Of a stretch of 64,000 bases of DNA, positions 44,711 through 56,183 are shown piece by piece. Both the position numbers and the translations under genes were made by a program. Position 1 is the stretch's first letter; every line of letters starts with the position of its first letter. Source of the stretch: an uncultured delta proteobacterium (GTDB taxonomy: Bacteria > Desulfobacterota > Binatia > UBA9968); assembly GCA_963847445.1 (NCBI GenBank), contig CAWJZV010000030.1, forward strand, positions 96,001 to 160,000, written 5' to 3'. Below the pieces are notes generated by a model. It did not search any database and was not told the origin of the DNA. It saw only the letters and a list, made by a program, of their open reading frames with translations.

Positions 44711-45821
44711 ATGGCACCGTTACTCAGCATCGCACAGATCCACCGGCATATCTCCAACCGCTTCGATGAAAGCGCCATCGGCAGTAAGCTCCTCGCCGGT
44801 ATCGTTGGCGACAGCCCATCGCACTATTCGAAAAGCCCAGCCCTGTGGAACGCTACGTTTCGCCATCTAGGGATGAACGCCGTCTATTTGCCTTTCGACG
44901 TCGCCGATGGCCGGGTCCGCGACTTGCTGCGGGTTCTGCGCGATGCCGAACAGTTCATCGGTGTCAACGTCACTGTGCCGCACAAAGTGCGCGTGATCGA
45001 TTTCCTCGACGACCTCGATGCCGGCGCGGCGCGGATTCACGCCGTCAATACGGTGGTACGCACCGCCAATGGCCGGCTGATCGGCTACAACACCGACGGC
45101 GCAGGATTTATCGATAGTCTGCTTCTGCCGACGCCCGAGGCGCCGGCAGGTTTCATGCGGTCGCTGGATGGCATCGATGTGCTGCTCCTGGGCGCCGGCG
45201 GCTCGGCGCGCGCCGTGGCGTTTCACTTGAGCGATCATATCGGCAAGGGAAAACTGATTATCGCCAATCGCACGGTCGCCCATGCCCAGTCTCTGGCCGA
45301 TGAAATTAACCAACTCGGCCGCCAGGCGCTCGCCATTGACGAAGAGGCCATTGCCACTTGGGCGCCAAAGGCCGGACTGATTGTCAACTGCACCACCAAA
45401 GGCCAGGGCGGTGTACGCAAACTGAGCGATGGGATGGCGACGATGCTCGCTCCCTACTCCGCTCTCGCCCCGGCCGCATCCCCCGGTTCTCGCCGAAAAT
45501 CTCGGCGACCGCTTCGAGGCGCAATGGCGCGAGGCAGCGCGCAGCGACATCGAAGCGAACAATCGCAGGTCGGCAACCTTGGCCGCAGCGATCCCTCAAG
45601 AGACGCGCTTTTACGATCTGATTTATCATCCCGAAGAAAGCGTTTTTCTGCATCATGGCCGCATGTCCGGACACCGCACCATGAACGGCAAAAGCATGAT
45701 CGTCCGCCAGGCGGTCATCGCCTTCTGCAAACGCATCTGCCAACCGCAGCTCGCCCATTTGGGCAAGGACAACGACGCAACATTCAGCCAGGTTGCCGAG
45801 GTGATGTACCGCGCTTGGTAG
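44711..45821 (+). CDS. aroE: Shikimate dehydrogenase (one indel)
   Basis: SKSPALWN, GVNVTVPHK, AVNT, GYNTDGAGF, LGAGGSARA, YDLIYHP, NGKSMIVRQA. Confidence 0.9.
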
Positions 45822-45881
45822 CAGGTGTTAGGATCGTGCTTGACCGATTATAGCCGCTCTCCTCCGGTGCGTTGCCGTCTG

Positions 45882-46136
45882 ATGAATTCTTTCCTCGACA
45901 AGACTTGGGGCATCAAAAGCGCCGTGGTGCGCGAAGGTTTTTACAACGACATGGTCGAACTCTACAGCCGCACCGGCATCGTTCCTGATGAACTCATCAA
46001 CACCGTCGTCCGCTTTGTTCAAGAAACCCGCAAAGACCGTTTCAAGGTGACGAAACATCGTCACCGCCATCGCCGATATTACGAGACTGGTCCTTCGCGC
46101 GGAAAGCCAACGAGGAGTTCGAATTCACTCCGCTAG
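45882..46136 (+). pseudogene. C-terminal fragment resembling an NMT1-type substrate-binding protein
   Basis: ...YNDMVELYSRTGIVPDE... and, in another frame, DWSFARKANEE; no N-terminal part. Confidence 0.4.
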
Positions 46137-46199
46137 GCTCACGAGGCTACGAACACGAGAATTTAGATCATTTGGCTACTTGCAGGCTCTACCTGCGAG

Positions 46200-46510
46200 A
46201 ATTTCGTACTACACCGTGAAGGCACGAAGGAAATTCTCGAAGGGTTCGGATTCTTCGGGCGGGTTGCAAACCCGACCTTCGTACTACAACAGTTGACAAT
46301 ATGCCCTTGCGTTCTTCGCGGCATGTAATTTCGGTTGCGGCTGTGCCGCGCTAGTGTCCTGGTCCATAAAGACGTTTACGAATGCTCGGTACTTCCGCCT
46401 TTGAAAAGGGGGAACACGCAAGGGATCTTGACAATCTATTTCGCCGAGCCAATTGCGCGCTTAGCGCCTTTTCGGGAGATATTCCGCAGTGCTTGGGCAT
46501 TGCATCGAGC
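46200..46510. repeat. Mosaic of several REP-like palindrome families between convergent genes
   Basis: caccgtgaaggcacgaagg; gggcgggttgcaaacccgacc (46257-46277); ccgcctttgaaaaggggg. Confidence 0.6.
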
Positions 46511-46553
46511 TTTGGGCAGGACGCTAGCTCCTTGGTGATGAACAAGCGCGCAT

Positions 46554-48197
46554 TCAATCGCGCATTCTCGACGCGGCGATCTCGCGGCAGGTGACGAACT
46601 CCAACAGCGCCGCCTTGCCGCCGTCGGTAACCTTGCGGGCGCGCCCAAACGCCGACGCGATCTGATTCGGATCTTCGACTCGTTCCGACCAGCCGCCCAG
46701 GGATTTCGCCAAGTCGGCGTAGTTGCCAAGGATATTCATGGTGCCGTAGCGCTCGTGCGACGCGTGCATGGCGTGGGTCTCGGCCGCCATGAAATTATTG
46801 TTGAGAACGACGGTCAAGATCGGGATGTTGTTGCGCACCGCGGTTTCGAAATCGAGGCCGGTCATGCCAAAGGCCGCGTCGCCCATGAAGTTGACGCAGA
46901 ACTTTTCCGGCGCCGCGAGCTTGGCGCCGATGATCAAACCGAGTCCGCCACCGAGGGCATGAGACTTACCCCAGCCGAGGTAGCTGCGCGGCACCGGCGC
47001 CTGGTAAAATGGCACCAATTGGTTGCGCGGACTGCCCGAGTCATGGGTGACGATGACCTCCTTGCGGTCGAATAGATTCATGAATTCCCACATGACCCGG
47101 TACGGTGTCATCGGTGTTTCACTGGAGGTGAGCTTGGGCAGCCACTCCTGCATCCAAGCTTCCTTGCCCTGCTTGATCTCCGCCGCGACACTGCCGTCGA
47201 CGTCGCGCTTCTTGCCGCCCAACAAATCCTTGGCCGCTTCGACAAACTGCTGCAGAACCAACTTGGCGTCGCCGAGAATCGGATAATCCGCGGCGTACTG
47301 CTTGTTGATATCGCGCTCGTCATTGGTCGCGTGAATGATCACCTTGCCCGGCGGAATTGCCGCCGCGGTAATGTTATGTTTGGTCAGGCTCGTGCCAATG
47401 GCCAGGATCACATCGGCCTTTTGCAAGAAAGTGTGCACCGGCCGCGGCATCACCCCGGCGCCGGTGCCGAGTGAAAGCGGGTGGTGTTCGGGAAACGCGC
47501 TCTTGCCTTCCAGCGGCGTCGACACCGGTATTTGCAGGAGCTCGGCAAGCTCGAGCAATTCATCCGTCGCTTCGGCGTATAACACGCCCTGCCCGGCGAC
47601 GATCATCGGGCTGTTGGCTTGCAACAATACTTTGGCGGCCTCGGCCACGTCGCGCACATTGGCGCCGCTGGTGGTGCGCTTCACCGCCGTGTAGTTGACC
47701 GCGCCGGGAAACTCTTCCACCGCGATGTCGCCGGGAATTTCCACCATCACCGGTCCCGGACGGCCCATCTTTAAATAGCTGAAGGCGCGCCGCATGACAT
47801 CGGCAACTTGGTCCGCCGCGGTGAGTTCTTCGACCCACTTGGTGATCGGCGCATAGGATTGCACCGAGCGGAAAAAATGAAACACCTGGGAGGAATTGCG
47901 CGGATGGCCGACCGGCAGACAGAGCATCGGCACGGAGTCGGAATAAGCCGTCGCCACGCCGGAAAAGGCGTTTTCCGCGCCCGGCCCGGCTTGCATGGTA
48001 AACACGCCGATGCGCCGGCCGTTGGTGACACGGGTAAAGCCGTCGGCGATACCGACGCCGACGCGCTCCTGCCGGCACACGATCGGCCGGATTCCCGCCG
48101 TCGCCGCCGCTTCGATCAGCGGATTGGTCGGATAGCAACTCAAGAACTCCACGCCCTCGCGCTTGAGGATTTCACAAATCGCATCGACGACTTTCAT
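46554..48197 (-). CDS. Thiamine pyrophosphate-requiring enzyme (acetolactate synthase-like)
   Basis: CRQERVGVGIADG, QAGPGAEN, GRPGPVMVEIP, MGDAAFGM...VLNN. Confidence 0.93.
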   Translation of the reverse strand: MKVVDAICEILKREGVEFLSCYPTNPLIEAAATAGIRPIVCRQERVGVGIADGFTRVTNGRRIGVFTMQAGPGAENAFSGVATAYSDSVPMLCLPVGHPRNSSQVFHFFRSVQSYAPITKWVEELTAADQVADVMRRAFSYLKMGRPGPVMVEIPGDIAVEEFPGAVNYTAVKRTTSGANVRDVAEAAKVLLQANSPMIVAGQGVLYAEATDELLELAELLQIPVSTPLEGKSAFPEHHPLSLGTGAGVMPRPVHTFLQKADVILAIGTSLTKHNITAAAIPPGKVIIHATNDERDINKQYAADYPILGDAKLVLQQFVEAAKDLLGGKKRDVDGSVAAEIKQGKEAWMQEWLPKLTSSETPMTPYRVMWEFMNLFDRKEVIVTHDSGSPRNQLVPFYQAPVPRSYLGWGKSHALGGGLGLIIGAKLAAPEKFCVNFMGDAAFGMTGLDFETAVRNNIPILTVVLNNNFMAAETHAMHASHERYGTMNILGNYADLAKSLGGWSERVEDPNQIASAFGRARKVTDGGKAALLEFVTCREIAASRMRD

Positions 48198-48406
48198 AGG
48201 GCCTCCAAGAATAGGAATTCGCCCAAGCTTGGACCAAGCCTGAGCGGAGCCGACCCAAAGTCTCATAGCACCAAACCCCGGACCGCGCTACGAGAAAATC
48301 GCCGCGATAACCCAGCGGCCTGTACATCTCAGGACCGAATGATTGCGGCTTCAGCTAAGACCAACCGATTGACGAAAGCGTAATTTGAGCTGTTAGACAC
48401 TGTGCG

Positions 48407-48881
48407 TCAGTGCTTATGTCCGTCGGCTTTGAGCGAAGTCAGATAGGCGGTGAGATCGGCAATCTGGCGCACCGTGAAGGTGTCGTTGTACTCCGGCATC
48501 TTGGATTTGCCGTCTGCACCGACATAGCCATTTTGCTTGGCATCGTCATCGATCACCGCGTTGGGAATGATAATCGACTCGGCAAAGAACTCCAGTGGAT
48601 GCAAGCCGGCCATCTGCGCCAACTCAGGCCCGACATCGCCCTTGTCTTTGACCACCGCGGGGAAAGTTTCGCCTTTGATCTCATGGCACTTATGACACTC
48701 AGCCTCGACGAATAGTTTCCGTCCTTCGGCAGCATTGCCCGCCGGCCAAGTAAACTTCCAATCCTTTGGCGTGCCATGACTATGCGCTGCTACCTGCGAT
48801 GTCTGCGCCGGCCTTTCCCCCTGTTTACAAGCAGAAGGGGCTAGGGTTTAGAAAAAGCAAAACCAACCAAAGTTGCCACAT
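48407..48881 (-). CDS. Monoheme c-type cytochrome (indel after signal peptide)
   Basis: MWQLWLVLLFL signal; GNAAEGRKLFVEAECHKCH (CxxCH); VGPEL; SKMPEY (axial Met); IADLTAYL. Confidence 0.88.
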
Positions 48882-48899
48882 CGGCTTCGCCCTCCTTCG

Positions 48900-49271
48900 C
48901 TAGTGTTGGTGCGCATCCTTCGTCGATTGGCTTTTTTCATCCTTGCTCTCTTGCGTTTGAGTCTTCACGGCTTTATCGCTCATTTTTTCAGCCATCTTTT
49001 CTTGCATCGCTTTCATCGTTTCCATCTTGGCCTTCATGTCGCCTTTCATCTCGCTTTTCATCGGCATGCCGGCCTTCATGTCGCCCATTTTCTCCATGCC
49101 CTCGCAGCACTTCATGCCTTCGGCTTTCACCGGCTCGGCGGCGTTCTTATTAGACACTGTTTTCCCTGCTTGGTGCTCTTCATGCTTCTGCTCTTGCGCT
49201 TTGACCTCGGCGAGCATCACCGACCCAGTCAAGGCGCCACACAAAGTTAGAACGCTAAGATGTTTTTTCAT
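48900..49271 (-). CDS. Secreted Met-rich putative metal-binding protein
   Basis: Signal peptide; HEEH, MKCCEGM, many Met/Lys, C-terminal HQH. Confidence 0.7.
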   Translation of the reverse strand: MKKHLSVLTLCGALTGSVMLAEVKAQEQKHEEHQAGKTVSNKNAAEPVKAEGMKCCEGMEKMGDMKAGMPMKSEMKGDMKAKMETMKAMQEKMAEKMSDKAVKTQTQESKDEKSQSTKDAHQH

Positions 49272-49335
49272 TGCTATCCCCTTTTGGTTTGAATGTCAGC
49301 TCACCTGACGCCACGCTTCGCACAACTTCGGCTGG

Positions 49336-52300
49336 TCATTGCGCGGTAACACGCTTCATGCGCCAGCCCCGCCAGATTTCGAAGATAGCCGGGTACACTA
49401 GGAGTTCAAGGAGAAACGAAGTGATGACTCCGCCAATCATCGGCGCGGCGATCCGCTTCATCACGTCGGCGCCGGCGCCGTGGCTCCACATGATCGGCAG
49501 CAAACCCATCAGAATCGCCATGATGGTCATCACTTTCGGCCGGATCCGCTTCACGGCGCCTTCGATGATCGCCTCCTTGAGGTCTTCGAGGTTTCGCATC
49601 CGGCCCTCCTTGCGCGCTTTTTCATAGGCGTGCTCCAGGTAGAGGAGCATGATCACGCCGGTTTCGGCGTCCACGCCGGCCAAGGCGATGATACCGACCC
49701 ACACGGCGACACTCATGTTGTAGCCGAGAAGATAAAGAAACCAGACCGCTCCGATCAGAGAGAAAGGAACCGCCAGGAGCACGAGTACGCACCTGGCCAC
49801 CGACTTAAAGTTGACGTACAGCAAGAGAAAAATAATCAGCAAAGTGAGCGGCACGACATAAATCAAGCGCTCTTTGGCGCGCTGCATGTACTCATACTGA
49901 CCGCTCCATACAAGAGTATATCCGACGGGGATCTTGACCTGCTCAGCAACCTTTTTTTGCGCCTCTTCGACGTAGCTGCCGATATCCCGGCCCGCCATGT
50001 CGACGAAAACATAACCGGCAAGTTGGCCGTCCTCGTCCCTGATCATGGCCGGACCAGACGCGAGTTTAACATCGGCCAGTTGTCCGAGCGGAATCTGCGC
50101 GCCGTTCATCGCCGGGATCAGCACTCGTTCCAACTTGCCCACGTCGTCCCGCAGCTCTCGAGCGTAGCGCACGTTGATCGGGTAGCGTTCGCGTCCCTCC
50201 ACGGTCGTCGATATGCTCTCTCCACCGATGGCGGACTCAATCACCATCTGAACCTCGTCAATCGCCAGCCCATAGCGGGCGATCTCTTCGCGCTTTAACT
50301 CAAAGTCGAGGTAATATCCGCTCATTACCCTTTCCGCATAGACCGAGCGGGTTCCCGTGATCATTTGCAGGTTTGCCTCGATGTTCTTGCCGATCTCCTC
50401 GATCTTGGCCAAGTCGGGGCCGAAGATTTTGATACCGATCGGAGTTCGAATGCCGGTGGAGAGCATGTCGATGCGGTTTTTGATCGGCATGGTCCAGGCG
50501 TTGACCACTCCGGTGAGCCGGAGCTTCTTGTCCATTTCGGCAACCAGCTCGTCCCATGTCAGCGCACGAGTGGGGCTCAAAATAAGTTCGCCAAGGTAGC
50601 GAAACGGTTGGGGCCAGTGCGACCGGTCGATGCGCACCTTGCGCCACTCCGATTCAGGCTTCAGCATCACTGTGGTCTCGCCCATGCTAAAGGGCGCCGG
50701 GTCCGTCGAGGTTTCCGCCCTGCCGGTCTTACCCAAGACCCACTCCACCTCAGGAAAGCTCTTCAAGATCCGATCCTGCATCTGCAGCAGCATGGTCGCC
50801 TGTGTGGCCGATATTCCGGGCAGAGTCGTCGGCATGTAATAGATCATGCCTTCGTTGAGGGGCGGCATGAACTCAGACCCCAAGCGCATGAAGGCGGGAA
50901 CTGTCAGGAGGAGCGCCAAAATCGCCAGAGCGATGGTGCTCTTTCTAAACCGCAGCACCAAATGAATCACCGGCATATAGAGTGCGATCAGAAAGCGGTT
51001 GACTGGATTTCTCGCTTCCGGGCGAATCCGGCCGCGGACGAGCAACACCAACAGTACGGGAGCGAGGGTGATGGACAGAAAAGCGGCAAAGAACATGGCG
51101 AAGGTTTTGGTAAAAGCCAGCGGTTTAAAAAGTCTTCCCTCCTGGCCCTCCAGCGTAAAGATCGGCAGAAAAGAGACCGTGATGATGAGCAGAGAAAAGA
51201 ACAGGGGTTTGCCAACTTCCTTGGCCGCTTCGATGAGCACCTCGGTCCGGTCACCGGGCCGTCCCTCCTCCTCCCACTGCTCGAGCTTTTTGTGGGCGTT
51301 CTCCACCATGATGATCGCAGCGTCGACCATGGCGCCGATGGCGATGGCAATGCCCCCCAACGACATGATGTTGGTGGTGAGATTGAGAAAGTGCATGGCG
51401 ATAAAAGAGCTGAGGATCGCGATCGGCAGCGTGATAATGACGACCAGGGCGCTCGGCAAATGGAAAAGAAAAACTATGATGACGACACTGACGATGAGAA
51501 TTTCTTCAATCAGTTTTTCCTTCAAAGTGGCGATCGATTTCAGGATCAGATCGGAACGGTCATAGGCGGTGACGATCTTTACGCCGGGCGGCAAGAGACG
51601 GCTCGATCTCTTTGATTTTTGCCTTCACGCGTTCGATCAAATTGAGCGCGTTCTCGCCGTAGCGCATGACCACGATGCCGCTGACGACCTCTCCTTCGCC
51701 GTTGAGCTCGGCGATGCCGCGCCGCATATCCGGCCCCAGAGCGACCTGGCCGATATCGCGCACCAGGATCGGCGTGCCATGTTCGCCGCCCACGGCGATC
51801 ATTTCGATGTCTTTGATCGACTTGATATAGCCGCGCCCGCGCACCATATACTCCGCGCCGCTCAGTTCGACCGATCGGCCGCCGACATCGTTGTTGCTCA
51901 TGCGGATGGCGTCTACGACACTCTTGACTGGGAGGCGATAGGCCGAGAGTTTGTTGGGATCCAAGTTCACCTGATACTGGCGCACGAATCCGCCCAGACT
52001 CGCGACCTCCGCAACGCCTTCGACGGCGCCGATTTGATAGCGCAGCGTCCAATCTTGCAGCGAGCGCAGTTGCGCCAGATCATGCTTGCCGCTCTTATCC
52101 ACCAGGGCGTACTGGAAGACCCAGCCGACCCCTGTGGCATCTGGCCCCAACGTGGGGGTGACTCCCGGGGGCAGCCTATTCTGCACCTGATTCATGTATT
52201 CGAGAACGCGGCTTCGCGCCCAATAAATGTCGGTGCCGTCTTCGAAGATGATGTACACATAAGAGAATCCGAAGTCGGAAAAGCCGCGCACGAACTTGAC

Positions 52301-52534
52301 CTTCGGCGCCGAAATCATGGCGGTCACGATCGGGTAAGTGACCTGGTCTTCCATGATGGTCGGGTTTCGTCCCATCCAGGTGGTGTAAACGATGACCTGG
52401 ACATCGGAGAGGTCGGGAACCGCGTCAAGAGGGGTATTCTTCAGCGCCCAGAGTCCCCCGGCGCTGAGAAAAAACACCATGAGAAAGATGAGAAACTTGT
52501 TTTTCGCGCTTGCTTCAATAATTTTTTCTATCAT
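49336..52534 (-). CDS. cusA: CusA/SilA-type heavy-metal RND efflux permease (one indel near 51590)
   Basis: LDAVPDLSDVQVI, DIYWARSRVLEY, GPDATGVGW, GAMVDAAIIMVEN, GSEFMPPLNEG, RIDMLSTG, KRIAAPMIGG. Confidence 0.96.
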
Positions 52535-52543
52535 CGCGCCATC

Positions 52544-54091
52544 CTATTGGGCCGTGACGGTGAACTTTTCCTGCACCGGTTTTTGCCCTGGGCGCTGGAT
52601 CGACACGCCGATCTCCCACGCTCCCGCCATGGCGAGACTGACCGTCGCCTGGTAAACACCGTCTTTGAGATGCTTCGCCGCCGCCTTGCCGGCGGCCATG
52701 CCCGGCATCGCCATCGTCGAGGTGATGTTGACGGTGGCGTCTTGCACGGCCGCACCCTTGGCGTCGCGAATCTTGATTCGAATTACGTTCTCCCCGGGTT
52801 TTGGCTTTGCCGGTTGCGTTTCAAGAGACAGCGTCAGATCGCCGGATTTTTTCTCCGTAACTGTCGCGGCGGCTGGTGCTTTCTTTGCCGTCTCGCCCAT
52901 ATCCATTCCTGGCATGCCCGCCATCGCCCCCATCGCTTCTTTAAGCCGGCTCTCGGAATCCAAGAGAAAGCTTGCGCTCGCGATGATTCGCTCTCCGGGA
53001 GAGAGCCCGGCGAGGACTTCATAGTAGCCGTCGAATTTGCTTCCGAGCTTGACCTCTGCGGGCGCATAGCGCCCTTCGCCTTTATCGATAAAGACGATTT
53101 TCCGGAGACCCGAATCCAAAACCGCTTCATCGGGGATCGCTAATTTTTTTCCGGCATCTACCTCGATTTCAACATTGGCGTACATCTCCGGCTTGAGCTT
53201 GAAGTCACGGTTGGCGAACTCAAGTCTAACCTTCGTGGTGCGGGTTTTTTCTTCGAGAACCGGTGAGATCCAAGTTACCTTTCCGGAAAACGTTTGGCCG
53301 GGAAAATAGGACAGAGCGATCGTCGCCTTCTGTCCCAAGCGAACATTCGCTAGGTCAAATTCGTAGATATCCGCATTCACCCAAACAGCCGAAAGATCGG
53401 TGATGGTATAGAGCTCCTTGTCCGGCATGACTTTCATTCCCTGAGCAGCCTCCTTCTTAATCACGAAGCCGCTGGAGGGTGAGTAAAAGGTCAGAGTCTT
53501 GGTTAGCTTGCGCGATCTTTGCAGTTCCTGAATCTGTTCATCGGAAATATCCCAGAGGCTGAGCCGCCGGCGTGACGCTTCCAAGAGCGACGCTGATCCC
53601 GCGCGGATCTCCTGGAGAGAACTGGAGGTAAGCGATTCTTTCGCCTGAAGCGCCAGCAGATATTCCTCCTGTGTGGCAACCAGATCGGGGCTATAAAGAG
53701 TGAAAAGGGGTTGCCCTTTTTCCACCAGTTTGCCGGTGTAATTGACAAAGAGTGTTTCGATCCATCCCTCCACCTTGGTGAAGACTTGCGCCACCTTCGT
53801 TTCATCATAGGTGACGATCCCCACGGTTCTGATTTTCTTAACCAAGGGCTTGATCTCCGCCACTGCGGTGCGGATGCCGACAAGCTGCTGCTTTTCAGGA
53901 CTTACGTTGACGCTGCCTGACGACATGTCATGCCCTTCCATGGCGCCGCTTGCCGACTTCATGTCTTCCGACTGCTGCGAGGAGGACGCAGTCGAGTGGT
54001 CAGCTGTTTTATTGCTCTGCCCGTTCCAATAGCCGACGGCGAACACCCCGACAATGATGACCAGAAGGCCGAGAATTTTTACAGTTTTCAT
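52544..54091 (-). CDS. cusB: CusB-type RND periplasmic adaptor with C-terminal YtkA/FixH-like domain
   Basis: KQQLVGIRT, LYSPDLVATQEEYL, LKPEMYANV, SASFLLDSESRL; tail TMAMPGM...GVYQATVSLAMAGAWEI. Confidence 0.92.
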   Translation of the reverse strand: MKTVKILGLLVIIVGVFAVGYWNGQSNKTADHSTASSSQQSEDMKSASGAMEGHDMSSGSVNVSPEKQQLVGIRTAVAEIKPLVKKIRTVGIVTYDETKVAQVFTKVEGWIETLFVNYTGKLVEKGQPLFTLYSPDLVATQEEYLLALQAKESLTSSSLQEIRAGSASLLEASRRRLSLWDISDEQIQELQRSRKLTKTLTFYSPSSGFVIKKEAAQGMKVMPDKELYTITDLSAVWVNADIYEFDLANVRLGQKATIALSYFPGQTFSGKVTWISPVLEEKTRTTKVRLEFANRDFKLKPEMYANVEIEVDAGKKLAIPDEAVLDSGLRKIVFIDKGEGRYAPAEVKLGSKFDGYYEVLAGLSPGERIIASASFLLDSESRLKEAMGAMAGMPGMDMGETAKKAPAAATVTEKKSGDLTLSLETQPAKPKPGENVIRIKIRDAKGAAVQDATVNITSTMAMPGMAAGKAAAKHLKDGVYQATVSLAMAGAWEIGVSIQRPGQKPVQEKFTVTAQ

Positions 54092-54128
54092 TAGCTCTCT
54101 CCGTTCGTGAATTGCTCGCGCTCGGCTC

Positions 54129-55401
54129 CTATTGCAGATCCTTGCCGATGATCCGCTCCAAATCGGCCAGGTTTTGTATCAACCCCACCGTCGCTTTGTA
54201 GTATCCCATCCGCGCATCGCGCAGTGCGCGCTGAGCTTCCAAGAGCGAGACAAACTCGACCCGTCCGGTCTGGTAGGCGGCCATAGCCGACCTGAAGGAC
54301 AGCTCGGCCTGAGTGAGTAGCCCCTCATTGAAAAGAGTTATCGAACGCCGCGCGGCTTGAGCTTTGGCCTGCGACTCCGACACTTCTCTCAGAGTCATGT
54401 TTCTCATCGCATCCCGGTTCGTCTTGGCGGCGCGAATCTCCGCAAGACTTTCCTCGACTTCATAGTTGCGCCTGCCAATCGTCCATGGCGAGAATGGAAT
54501 AGTGATGTTGACCATGGCACCGTAGCGGTCTTTCTTCATGTCCGTCGGCATCCTCATGTAATCCCATCCGACCATGAAGTCAGGAAATTTGCGATTGCGC
54601 TCCGCCAGGTCATACATTCTTTCGCTTCGAACGATCTCCTCTTCCGCGCCTTTCAATTCTGGGCGATTAGTCAAGGCCAAGTCATCGAGAATCGGGAGGT
54701 TCAGATCCGCGCTTGGCGCCGTGAGATCTGCCGGAAGATGCACGGCGGATCGAGGCGGCCGATACATGGCGCTGTTCAATTTGGCCTGGGCGGCGCTGCC
54801 CTCTGCTTCGACATTGATGAGTTGATTCATGATCTCGCTCTGTTCCAACAGGGCCTTGAAAACATCTTGCTGCGTCACTCGACCCACCTGATAACGAGCT
54901 TCGGTGGCACGGATAATCGTCCGCATGATCTCCAACTGTTCGCGCAGAATCTCGCTCGTCTTTTGCGCCATGAACAGATCCGCGTAGGCCATCTTGACCA
55001 TCGAGACAATCTCTCGCTCCTTGGTACGAAGCTCCTGTTCAGCGACTCTCACCTCCTGTTGCGCGATTTTTTCTTTCAACCCAAGTTTTCCGAAAAACGG
55101 CAACTTCTGCCGGATACCGATCGAGTTCGTATCGGACTTATTGAAGCTCGTGGGATTGGATAGCGGCACGCCCCCAAGCTGAAAGTTAATTTCAGGGTCC
55201 TCCAGATACGGTGCCTGCTTAGATCTGGCCGAGACCGCTTCAAGGCGCTGCTTCAGCAAGCCGAATCTCGGGATTTTTTTCAACCGCTTCGGTTACGGCC
55301 TCCGAGAGTTTCAGTTGAGCGTTGGCTTCCGAACCCCAACCGATTGAGGCCAGCACAAAACCCACAAGCAGTCTGGCCAGGATCAAATCGACTTTGATCA
55401 T
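54129..55401 (-). CDS. TolC/CusC-family outer membrane efflux protein (indel near 5' end)
   Basis: LEDPEI, IRQKLPFFGKL, NRPEL, AYQTGRVEFVSLLEAQ; first gene of the TolC-CusB-CusA set. Confidence 0.9.
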
Positions 55402-55530
55402 AGATCCTCCGAACAAGCCCCTAAAGAGAAGCCTATTCCGTTAGGTCACACTAACGAACAATGACAATCTATTGAGATCGATCCTCGGCTTGGATAACCA
55501 AGGAACGAGGCTCTGCAAAGCAGCGGAGAT

Positions 55531-55902
55531 CTACACGCGCAGAACGTGATACAGGAATGTGAGGGCAAGCTTAGAATGAAACTCAGAAGCGGTGGTGCTG
55601 CGAAAAACGGCTGTTACGTCGAAATCGCTTTTGCATTCTATTAAGTAAAATAGGCCGCGGGATACGACCTTATCCAAAGAAAACTTCACTGATTGATACG
55701 AGATGCGATCGTGAAGAATATATTGGCAAAGCGGATTGGCGTCATGATCCGAGTCGTGGCAAGGATCTCCATCCGATGCCATTGTATTGAAGGAGGAGTC
55801 GTGTTGGTGCTTGGAAAGAGTGGTGAGGTCAGGACAAGCGTAGGCCAGGGACGAGAAGATAAAAAAGAATCCTAGGGTAAACGTGATAAGCCGCTTGGTC
55901 AT
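55531..55902 (-). CDS. Small secreted His/Cys-containing leader protein upstream of tolC-cusBA
   Basis: MTKRLITFTLGFFFIFSSLAYAC signal; HQH, PCHDSDH, LC; ends LTFLYHVLRV*. Confidence 0.7.
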   Translation of the reverse strand: MTKRLITFTLGFFFIFSSLAYACPDLTTLSKHQHDSSFNTMASDGDPCHDSDHDANPLCQYILHDRISYQSVKFSLDKVVSRGLFYLIECKSDFDVTAVFRSTTASEFHSKLALTFLYHVLRV

Positions 55903-55927
55903 ATTTTTCGTCGCGTTGCGATGAGTC

Positions 55928-55943
55928 AGCAACAGCCATGCCG
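55928..55943 (-). promoter_or_regulatory. sigma54-like -24/-12 promoter motif
   Basis: CGGCATGGCTGTTGCT (GG-N10-GC), about 25 nt upstream of ATG 55902. Confidence 0.55.
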
Positions 55944-56183
55944 TAAGTCTTAAAATCTTGGCTCGATTCAGTAAAACACTTATCACCTACTAAACCGGTC
56001 TTTTCAAGGTCCTACTTTTTAACGAGAGTCCAGGATATTTCGCTAAAGTGCAAAATTTAAAGTATTCTTTTCAGCAGCGCCGACATCGCAACGTTTGCTT
56101 CCTTTCCGTCAACAGTTCCAGTGTAGTGTGATTAAAACAACTCATGGCTCAAGACCGAATTTGGACTGAAAGCCGCCGGCAAG

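Noticed and set aside
50365-53143. Long plus-strand ORFs (416 and 524 aa) opposite cusA/cusB, and similar antisense ORFs elsewhere (54-1007, 39990-40979)
   Set aside because: Shadow ORFs expected from GC-rich codon bias opposite well-supported genes; no recognisable motifs.
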